Below, in pieces: positions 57,270 to 64,000 of a stretch of DNA of 64,000 bases (positions are counted from its first letter, which is position 1; each line of letters begins with the position of its first letter). Source of the DNA: Bacteroidia bacterium (lineage in GTDB: Bacteria > Bacteroidota > Bacteroidia > NS11-12g > UBA955); NCBI GenBank assembly GCA_023653095.1, contig JAMNXP010000001.1, positions 324,853 through 388,852 of the forward strand. The letters run 5' to 3'. The position numbers and the translations under genes were made by a program. The notes under the pieces were generated by a model. It was not told the DNA's origin and searched no databases. It worked only from the letters and a program-made list of their open reading frames with translations.

Positions 57270-59135
57270 TGGATATAATTGAAATTTAAATCCTTCCTTT
57301 TCAAGTGTACTTTCACCGGCAAACCATTGACCAATATTGATATTATCTATATAAACGGGGTTTCCACCTGCACTTTGAATTTCAAATTTAAAAATCACAT
57401 TGGTTTTATTTCCGTAGCCGATGTTATCTAAATTGCCAATACCGTGTCTTTTCCAATGACTTGGTGAAGATGGTACCCAATTAGAGGTATAAGAAGCACC
57501 CGTGTATGAAAGTGCGGTTCCAGATCGTTCGTAAATTTTCTTGAAAGTGGCTCCACAATCATCGGATGCATAAACTCTCAGAATTTCGGTTACATCAGCT
57601 TTAGATTGCGTGTAAGAGCAATAAAAAGTCATTTTACCCCCTGAACCACCCGGAATTTTGGTCATATCAATATTTGGAGTTACGAATGTGTAAAGGTTTC
57701 CAACATTGGTGCTATTGGTTGCGATATTAGCTACATAACATTTAGAGCCAGTGAACGCTGTTTTATTGGTTACTGCAAATTGATATGGAGATGGCGATAG
57801 ATTTTTGAAACCTAAGCTTTCTGGGTCAGCGCCTTCAAAACCTTCCTCGTAATTTGGAACAAGTGAGCCATTTTTGGGTAAAACAGTGATGTAATTATCT
57901 TTTTTAATGGTATTAGTACCTTTTGAATTTTGCGCGAGTAATGAAACCGTATAAACACCAGGAGTTTGATATATAACCGTAGGGTTAATATCAGAAGATG
58001 ACGGAGTTGATGCGCCGGTAAAAGTCCAACTTCTCACAGTAGGTGCACCTTTGCAACTCAGATCAAAAAATTGAACTGGGCTGCCCGCACAAATTACTCT
58101 TGTACTTGAATTAAAATCTGCCACTGGTGTTACAGATGATTTGGTTACGCCTGTAGCCAATAGGTTTGACGCTGTCACATTAGAAGATCTTGGTGTGCTC
58201 TGAAGTTCACCGTGCATGATGGCTATTTGATCAAAGGTGAAGACCGACATACAATCACCTCTGGAATAATCCATGAAATTCTCCCACATATCGGGTAAAT
58301 TTGGATTGTCATTACTACAAGAATTACTATTAGTTGGGCAGTTAGCATTGGTAAAAGTACTCGCAACTGGAGGAGTGTCATCGCACAAATCGCCGCCATT
58401 ACAACCACTTTGAAACGTATGATATAACCCTAGCCAATGACCAACTTCGTGTGTCAATGTTCTTCCAAAATCATTGGGGTCAGCAGTTCCAATGGTACCC
58501 ACTCTATCGTGTCTTATTACAATGCCATCTTTAGTGAATCTGGCAGAACTTGGAAAAACAGCGTAACCCAAAACGGTTCCACCAGATGAAGACGAAGAAA
58601 CAATATTGTCTACAACCCAAATATTCAAGTATTTTTTATAATCCCAATATACTAAATCCTTTACCGGCTCCTCATCCATGTCCATTTGCAAGCCTACTGT
58701 AGTTTCTACACGATTGATTCCATCGAAACATTTCCCATTTGGATCAACTGACGCCAGTACAAAGGCAATATCTGCAGAACCAACAACATTCTTAAACGGT
58801 TCTCTTAGTTTTGCGATAGTAGAACCTTTGAAGCTGAAATCTTCATTTAAGACACGCATTTGGTCGAGAATCTGCTCTCTAGAAATATTATTGTCTCCAT
58901 TAGTGTGCACCACGTGAAAAACGACGGGAATGGTATATTTTATGGCTCTTTTTTGAATGGATCTATAGTTTTTTTGAAATTCAGCCACTTCTGCAGGTCT
59001 ATTTTGTTCCAAGATTCGTAATTCAGGATGCTTTTTGGATATATTCTGAAGGTGTAAATCAGACCCACAAACATGTTGTCCATAAGACAAATAAGTGTTT
59101 GCAACGGCAATAGATAATAGAATGAGACGTTTCAT
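57027..59135 (-). CDS. secreted M43 (pappalysin/ulilysin-like) zinc metalloprotease with PKD-like domain and type-A T9SS CTD
   Basis: Signal peptide MKRLILLSIAVANTYLSYGQ (ATG at 59135). Metzincin motif HEVGHWLGLYHTF. A PKD-like segment (VICAGSPVQFFDLS...YTVSLLAQN). Por_Secre_tail-like C-terminus. Confidence 0.8.
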   Translation of the reverse strand: MKRLILLSIAVANTYLSYGQHVCGSDLHLQNISKKHPELRILEQNRPAEVAEFQKNYRSIQKRAIKYTIPVVFHVVHTNGDNNISREQILDQMRVLNEDFSFKGSTIAKLREPFKNVVGSADIAFVLASVDPNGKCFDGINRVETTVGLQMDMDEEPVKDLVYWDYKKYLNIWVVDNIVSSSSSGGTVLGYAVFPSSARFTKDGIVIRHDRVGTIGTADPNDFGRTLTHEVGHWLGLYHTFQSGCNGGDLCDDTPPVASTFTNANCPTNSNSCSNDNPNLPDMWENFMDYSRGDCMSVFTFDQIAIMHGELQSTPRSSNVTASNLLATGVTKSSVTPVADFNSSTRVICAGSPVQFFDLSCKGAPTVRSWTFTGASTPSSSDINPTVIYQTPGVYTVSLLAQNSKGTNTIKKDNYITVLPKNGSLVPNYEEGFEGADPESLGFKNLSPSPYQFAVTNKTAFTGSKCYVANIATNSTNVGNLYTFVTPNIDMTKIPGGSGGKMTFYCSYTQSKADVTEILRVYASDDCGATFKKIYERSGTALSYTGASYTSNWVPSSPSHWKRHGIGNLDNIGYGNKTNVIFKFEIQSAGGNPVYIDNINIGQWFAGESTLEKEGFKFQLYPNPTNEFATFSINSSVPTQNASLALYDYSGRKIQDIFQGSLNLGTEEFKIEAPKNTQNGIYFVKLTTETGTYSRTIIFSAQ

Positions 59136-59154
59136 TTTCGCTTGCAAATAAAGT

Positions 59155-59613
59155 TTAAAAGTGTGGTACATGGATAAATCTGTCATAAAAATGAGATGTA
59201 TTTTGTGAATAACTAGTGTGAAGAGAACAAGATATAGGGTGTTTGAAATGATATATATATTTTCCATAGGAAAAATAAACCACCGCCAAAAAATCGATTT
59301 GGTACCGTTTTATATGTGGATTAATTTTTCTGAAGTTCTTCATGGCTGATTTTAGGTTTTCCTGTTTTTTACGGTTGAATTGCCGGTCAAGTAATTGTTG
59401 AATTTCCGGAAATAATGCGCCAAAAAGTGGTCTGTTTATGAATCGAGTTTTGACCTCGGTGAAATGACAACAACCACTGGAGAATGAAATAATATCAACT
59501 TCGAATTTGCCGGTTCTCCAATTTTGTTCCATGATTTTATGCCCATTTGAAATCAACCAATCTCTAGCTTCGGCCTCTCCCATTCTTCCCCAAAATTGAT
59601 TATTCAAGTTCAT
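59155..59613 (-). CDS. yraN: YraN family (UPF0102) endonuclease-like protein
   Basis: GRMGEAEARDWLISNGHKIMEQNWRTGKFEVDIISF....HFTEVKTR matches the YraN core. The start is taken at MNLNNQ (59613). The C-terminus is longer than typical for the family. Confidence 0.65.
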   Translation of the reverse strand: MNLNNQFWGRMGEAEARDWLISNGHKIMEQNWRTGKFEVDIISFSSGCCHFTEVKTRFINRPLFGALFPEIQQLLDRQFNRKKQENLKSAMKNFRKINPHIKRYQIDFLAVVYFSYGKYIYHFKHPISCSLHTSYSQNTSHFYDRFIHVPHF

Positions 59614-59673
59614 TGCGCCCCTTTTTATGATGCAATTATAAAGGGGTGAGTCATAGGTTCCTAATGATAGTAT

Positions 59674-59681
59674 TAACTTTG
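59674..59681 (+). promoter_or_regulatory. -7 promoter box 4 nt upstream of the lipB start codon
   Basis: TAACTTTG matches TAnnTTTG perfectly, then ctaa, then ATG at 59686. Confidence 0.35.
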
Positions 59682-59685
59682 CTAA

Positions 59686-60363
59686 ATGGATTTTTGCGTT
59701 TTTCACAAATTAACGAATGAAGGTTATTCCATTACGTGGGACAAACAAAAACAATTGTTTCTGCAGTTAATTGACAATAAAAAGTTAGGCGCGGATCTTC
59801 CTCACCATTGCATCAGTGTTGAACATCCTCATGTGTACACCTTTGGACTGCATGCAAAACAAAACAACATGTTGGCTACACCTCAAATGCTCCAAAAAAT
59901 GGGCGCAGAAACATATGAAATTGAGCGTGGGGGTGACATTACTTATCACGGACCAGGACAATTGGTAGTTTATCCCATTTTAGATTTAGAAAAATTGGGC
60001 ATAGGTCTGAAATCGTATGTGGAAGGATTGGAGTCTTGTATCATTTCGGTTTTGAATGATTTTGGAATTAATGCTGGTATCATTAAAGGCCGTGTAGGTG
60101 TTTGGGTGGACATTGGATCGTCATCAGAAAGAAAAATTGCCGCAATTGGCATTAAAAGCAGCCGATATGTTACTATGCACGGAATTGCTTTGAATGTAAA
60201 TACAGACCTTAGCATGTTCAATCACATTGTTCCTTGTGGCATAGTTGACAAAGGGGTAACTTCGATGGAGAAAGAATTGAACGAAAAAATTGATCTGTTT
60301 GAAGTAAATCAAACATGGATAAAACATTTTTGTCGTAAGTTTGGACTATTAGAAAAAAAATGA
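59686..60363 (+). CDS. lipB: lipoyl(octanoyl) transferase
   Basis: RGGDITYHGPGQLVVYPIL, KIAAIGIK (catalytic Lys region), HGIALNV, PCGI. Confidence 0.88.
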   Translation: MDFCVFHKLTNEGYSITWDKQKQLFLQLIDNKKLGADLPHHCISVEHPHVYTFGLHAKQNNMLATPQMLQKMGAETYEIERGGDITYHGPGQLVVYPILDLEKLGIGLKSYVEGLESCIISVLNDFGINAGIIKGRVGVWVDIGSSSERKIAAIGIKSSRYVTMHGIALNVNTDLSMFNHIVPCGIVDKGVTSMEKELNEKIDLFEVNQTWIKHFCRKFGLLEKK

Positions 60364-60962
60364 AAAAGCCTAATTATTTAGTTATTGGAATCATCGCCCT
60401 AATATTCACGATGGTTACCTACAGTTGTTCAAGCTACAATGGTTTGGTAGATCTTGATACAGAGGTTGAAAACACTTGGAATAACGTTGAAACACAGTAC
60501 CAAAGAAGGGGTGATTTGATTGAAAACTTAGCCAAGACAACCATGAAATCAGCGGAAGTTGAAAAAAGCATATTATCTGAAGTGATTTCAGCGAGAACTG
60601 CCGCTAAAGAAATTAAATTAACTCCTGATCAATTGACACCTGAAAACTTACAGAAATTCCAAAAAGCACAGGATAACTTAAACAGTGCCTATAGCAGAAG
60701 CATCAATGTTTTATTTGAACGCTATCCAGATTTGAAAAGCATGCAGAACTTTGCAAAGTTGAACGATGAAATTTCAGGTACTGAAAATAGAATTAGTACT
60801 GCCAGAACTGATTTCAACGAAGCCATCATGAAGTACAACAAAAAAGTGCGCAGATTCCCGAGTAATATTTTTGCAAATATATTTGGGTTCGAAAAGAAAG
60901 AAGGATTTAAGGCAGACGAAGGCAATGAAAAAGCGCCAGATATGTCTGAAATCTTGAAATAA
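60360..60962 (+). CDS. lemA: LemA family protein
   Basis: N-terminal TM/lipobox-like segment (TYSCSSYN), then V...W.NVETQYQRRGDLI.NL and the ENRI..AR..FN..I..YN motifs. Confidence 0.88.
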   Translation: MKKPNYLVIGIIALIFTMVTYSCSSYNGLVDLDTEVENTWNNVETQYQRRGDLIENLAKTTMKSAEVEKSILSEVISARTAAKEIKLTPDQLTPENLQKFQKAQDNLNSAYSRSINVLFERYPDLKSMQNFAKLNDEISGTENRISTARTDFNEAIMKYNKKVRRFPSNIFANIFGFEKKEGFKADEGNEKAPDMSEILK

Positions 60963-60968
60963 TACTTA

Positions 60969-61439
60969 ATGTCAAGAATGTTTCCATTTTTACGCAAATT
61001 TTCGCTTGCTGGTCAAATCAACGGTTCGTTGGTGAGCGAAGCTATTGCGAAAGTTGAAACAACTACTTCGGCTGAGATCAGAGTACATTTTACCACCTGC
61101 CCATCGAAATTATCATTGTTAGACGAAGCTCAAACCATTTTCAATCAGCTTCAAATGCACAAAACAGAGAATAGAAATGGGGTACTCTTATTTCTTAGAT
61201 TAAAGTCAAAAGAGATTGCAGTTATTGGAGATGAAGGTATACATCAGAAAGTAGGTACTGATTTCTGGGAAGCTGTTAAAGAGGAAATCATTGAAACGAT
61301 TCACAGCAACAACTTGAATGATGGAATTGTGAGAGGTGTTGAAGTGGTGGGCAGGCAATTAGCGAAACATTTCCCACCTTCGGCTGAGAATCCCAATGAA
61401 CTTTCGAACGAGGTAACCAGTTCTACCGGCTTTTTTTAA
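60969..61439 (+). CDS. TPM domain-containing protein
   Basis: About 150 aa (SAEIRVHF...NRNGVLLFL...EIAVIGDEGI) placed after lemA, as in the conserved LemA-TPM arrangement. Confidence 0.65.
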   Translation: MSRMFPFLRKFSLAGQINGSLVSEAIAKVETTTSAEIRVHFTTCPSKLSLLDEAQTIFNQLQMHKTENRNGVLLFLRLKSKEIAVIGDEGIHQKVGTDFWEAVKEEIIETIHSNNLNDGIVRGVEVVGRQLAKHFPPSAENPNELSNEVTSSTGFF

Positions 61440-61448
61440 TTTATCTGA

Positions 61449-62201
61449 ATGCGTTTTATTCTTTTTAGCTGCTTATTTCTGTTGAATCATGCGGTTTTTG
61501 CTCAGCAAAAACTCCCTGAATATGTTAATTACGTCAATGATTTTGCTGATGTACTCAGCAATGATGATGAACATTATCTCAATAATGAACTACTTAAACC
61601 ATTTACCGATTCTACCAGCGTTGAAATTGCCGTAGTCATTGAGAAATCTTTGAATGGCGTTGATGTCTTCGATAGAGCCATGTTCATAGCTAGAGGTTGG
61701 AAGATTGGCGATGAAAAATTAAACAGCGGAGTACTTGTATATCTGGCTGTAGACGATCGAAAATACCACATTGTTACCGCTGATAAAACGCAAGGATTAC
61801 TTACCGATGGTGTTGTGGGTGAAATTGGGAGACAAGAACTCGTTCCTGGATTGAAAAAAGGAGACTATTTCAATGGAATCAGAAATACCGTTTATGCGTT
61901 AGCTCTCACTGTCAAAGAAGATTTTAAGGGCAAAACCCGTGAAAAGAAGAAGAAAGAAGAGTTTCCGTATGCGGTAATTCCTATCTTATTTTTCATCCTG
62001 TTTTACCTCATTTTTATTCGCAGAGGCGGCGGCGGTGGATTTTCTCGAAGGGGATTTTACAGCCCCCCTGTTTTTTTCTGGGGAAGCGGTTTCGGCGGAG
62101 GCAATTCACACGGAGGTTTTGGTGGAGGCAGTGGCGGCGGATTCGGTGGATTTGGCGGCGGCGGCGGATTTAATGGTGGGGGTGCCGGCGGAAGCTGGTA
62201 A
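61449..62201 (+). CDS. TPM domain protein with TM segment and Gly-rich C-terminal tail (YgcG-like)
   Basis: Signal peptide, V.DFA.VLS start of the TPM domain, VEIAVVI, a TM segment (AVIPILFFILFYLIFI), then a GGGGGFSRRG...GGFGGGSGGGFGGFGGGGGFNGGGAGGSW tail. Confidence 0.75.
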   Translation: MRFILFSCLFLLNHAVFAQQKLPEYVNYVNDFADVLSNDDEHYLNNELLKPFTDSTSVEIAVVIEKSLNGVDVFDRAMFIARGWKIGDEKLNSGVLVYLAVDDRKYHIVTADKTQGLLTDGVVGEIGRQELVPGLKKGDYFNGIRNTVYALALTVKEDFKGKTREKKKKEEFPYAVIPILFFILFYLIFIRRGGGGGFSRRGFYSPPVFFWGSGFGGGNSHGGFGGGSGGGFGGFGGGGGFNGGGAGGSW

Positions 62202-62221
62202 TTTTCGTAAATTCGCGGTTT

Positions 62222-64000
62222 ATGTCGGATTTCCAGAATGACATCCATACTCCTGGGCCTGAAAAAGGCATCATTGAAGTAATTGGTGCAAGAGAACACA
62301 ATCTTAAAGAAGTATCGCTGGAAATTCCACGCAAATCTTTGGTGGTTTTTACGGGTCTATCGGGATCAGGAAAAAGTTCACTCGCTTTTGATACCATTTT
62401 TGCTGAAGGCCAACGAAGATATTTAGAAAGTTTCTCTGCCTATGCCCGACAATTTGTTGGGAATATGAAACGCCCTGACGTTGATAAGATTAAGGGATTG
62501 AGTCCGGTAATTGCCATTGAACAAAAGACGGTTTCTAGAAATCCCAGGTCTACTGTTGGAACCGTTACCGAAATTTATGATTTTCTGCGCTTACTTTATG
62601 CTAGAGCGGGTGAAGCTTTTAGCTATTTGAGCGGAGAAAAAATGGTTCGCTTTTCAGAAGAACAAATCCAAGAATCAGTATTAAAGTCCTTCGAAAACCA
62701 AAAAATCACCCTTTGCGCCCCGGTCATTAAGGGTAGAAAAGGGAATTACCGCGATTTGTTTGAGCAAATTAAAAAACGCGGGTTCAATAAAGTGTATGTA
62801 GACGGTGTGGTTATGGACATCACCACCGGTATGCAATTAGACCGCTACAAAATTCACGATATTGACATTGTCATTGATCGTTTGGAAGTCAAATCTTCAT
62901 CGCCACTAAGGCTAAACGACAGTGTAAAAACTGCTCTAAAAGTGGGTGATGGTTACCTTACTGTGTTGGATGAAAAAGGCATTCCCTACCCTTTTTCGAA
63001 GTTTTTAATGGATCCTAAAACGGGATTAAGTTATGCCGAGCCTCAGCCCAATTCATTTAGTTTCAATTCTCCTTATGGGGCTTGTCAAGCTTGTGAGGGA
63101 CTTGGAGTGAAATCTGAGGTGAACCTTGAATTCATCATACCTAATCCTAAAATATCTATTAACAAGGGCGGTATTGTTCCGGTGGGTGAACTCAGAGAAA
63201 ATTGGACATTCCAGCAATTGCGCAGCATCGCTAAGATGTATAAATTTAGTTTGGCTGACCCCATTGAATCGCTGACAAAAGAACAATTAAACGCCGTTTT
63301 ATACGGGGTTGAAGATCCCATTGAAATCAAAATAAACAGCGGTGAAAATAAAGGCCGAACTTATGAGAGCACCTTTAAGGGTGTTATAAAAATTGTTTCA
63401 GACTCTTATTTTGAATCTGATGATGATAGAATGCAACAATGGGCCGAAGAATTCATTCACGAAGTTAAATGTCCGGAATGTCAAGGTGCGAGATTGAAGC
63501 AAGAATCACTGCATTTCAAGATTGGAAATAAGAATATTTCGGAGTTGTCTTCCATGAATATTTCTGATCTCCATGATTGGATTATGCAGGTGGAACCGCT
63601 TTTAACAGACAGACAAAAAAGCATTGCTACCGAACTTTTGAAAGAAATTTCAGCTAGATTGTCTTTTTTGGTGGGTGTTGGATTGGGATATTTGAGCTTG
63701 AATAGCCCAGCAAAAACTCTTTCTGGGGGTGAAGCACAAAGAATTAGATTGGCCACCCAAATAGGTTCTAAACTGGTTAACGTCTTGTATATCTTGGATG
63801 AGCCGTCTATTGGATTGCATCAGAGAGACAATGAAAAACTGATTCAGAGCTTAAAAGATTTGCGTGATATGGGCAATTCTGTGCTTGTAGTTGAGCACGA
63901 CAAAGACATGATGTTGGCCAGCGATTGGCTGGTTGAAATAGGTCCTCATGCCGGCAAAAAAGGCGGTCAAATCATCGCGAGTGGGACCGTTTCAGATTTC
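62222..64000 (+). CDS. uvrA: excinuclease ABC subunit A, 3' end cut by window edge (not in the ORF track)
   Basis: My own translation from the ATG at 62222 gives MSDFQNDIHTPGPEKGIIEVIGAREHNLKEVSLEIPRKSLVVFTGLSGSGKSSLAFDTIFAEGQRRYLESFSAYARQF, later CQACEGLG, CPECQGARL, LSGGEAQRIRLA and LDEPSIGLH. The frame stays open to nt 64000. Confidence 0.95.
   Translation, partial: MSDFQNDIHTPGPEKGIIEVIGAREHNLKEVSLEIPRKSLVVFTGLSGSGKSSLAFDTIFAEGQRRYLESFSAYARQFVGNMKRPDVDKIKGLSPVIAIEQKTVSRNPRSTVGTVTEIYDFLRLLYARAGEAFSYLSGEKMVRFSEEQIQESVLKSFENQKITLCAPVIKGRKGNYRDLFEQIKKRGFNKVYVDGVVMDITTGMQLDRYKIHDIDIVIDRLEVKSSSPLRLNDSVKTALKVGDGYLTVLDEKGIPYPFSKFLMDPKTGLSYAEPQPNSFSFNSPYGACQACEGLGVKSEVNLEFIIPNPKISINKGGIVPVGELRENWTFQQLRSIAKMYKFSLADPIESLTKEQLNAVLYGVEDPIEIKINSGENKGRTYESTFKGVIKIVSDSYFESDDDRMQQWAEEFIHEVKCPECQGARLKQESLHFKIGNKNISELSSMNISDLHDWIMQVEPLLTDRQKSIATELLKEISARLSFLVGVGLGYLSLNSPAKTLSGGEAQRIRLATQIGSKLVNVLYILDEPSIGLHQRDNEKLIQSLKDLRDMGNSVLVVEHDKDMMLASDWLVEIGPHAGKKGGQIIASGTVSDF

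Noticed and set aside
59618-59646. Hairpin CCCCTTT...AAAGGGG, 4 nt upstream of the yraN start codon in the yraN/lipB divergent region
   Set aside because: No U-tract follows on either strand, so it is not a terminator. It might occlude the yraN start region, but a single 7-bp stem with a 15-nt loop is not enough evidence for a regulatory call.
62057-62299. 80-aa minus-strand ORF rich in proline (PPAPPPLNPPPPPNPPNPPPLPPPKPP)
   Set aside because: It is the antisense reading of the Gly-rich (GGN) tail of the TPM protein, so it is a compositional mirror artefact. It also overlaps the start of uvrA.
1-64000. Search for CRISPR arrays, IS elements or transposases, prophage genes, rRNA, and toxin-antitoxin or defence-system signatures
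   Set aside because: I saw no regularly spaced direct repeats, no transposase/integrase/recombinase-like ORFs, and no rRNA-like sequence. Apart from the adhesin pair, the window reads as core chromosome.

Overview
This is an AT-rich chromosomal window from a Bacteroidota (Flavobacteriia-like) genome. The taxon call rests on the gldK-gldL-gldM-gldN gliding/type IX secretion (T9SS) core with a porP/sprF gene upstream, on type-A and type-B T9SS C-terminal sorting domains, and on several TTG-N19-TAnnTTTG promoter motifs. Most of the window is housekeeping: fumC (5' partial), folP, rpe, sppA, a TetR-TolC-MFP-RND efflux operon, lon, pfkA, recN, rnhA, cinA, guaA, yceD-rpmF-plsX-fabH, a sigma-54-dependent response regulator, tsaC/sua5, tRNA-Leu(CAA), a 2-oxoacid dehydrogenase E2, topA, yraN, lipB, a LemA-TPM-TPM triad, and uvrA. 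uvrA is 3' partial and missing from the ORF track because it runs off the window. The most unusual locus is a minus-strand gene pair at 5302-14395. It encodes a 1902-1907 aa surface adhesin-like protein with three ~410 aa tandem modules, SprB/Ig-like Cys repeats and a type-B T9SS C-terminal domain. Immediately downstream is an 1106 aa protein that joins an outer-membrane-barrel-like domain to a ~585 aa Cys-punctuated coiled coil. That gene sits where a canonical PorP/SprF partner would be expected. Other observations are a near-consensus sigma-54 -24/-12 element directly upstream of lon, and a lon operon carrying an untracked 46-aa membrane ORF, a Cys-less thioredoxin-fold protein and a membrane-anchored coiled-coil protein. 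There are also TAnnTTTG boxes only 4-9 nt from start codons (implying leaderless mRNAs) and a tRNA-Leu abutting the start codon of a hydrolase gene. I saw no CRISPR arrays, transposases, integrases or rRNA. All functional calls come from reading motifs in the supplied translations. No database search was run.
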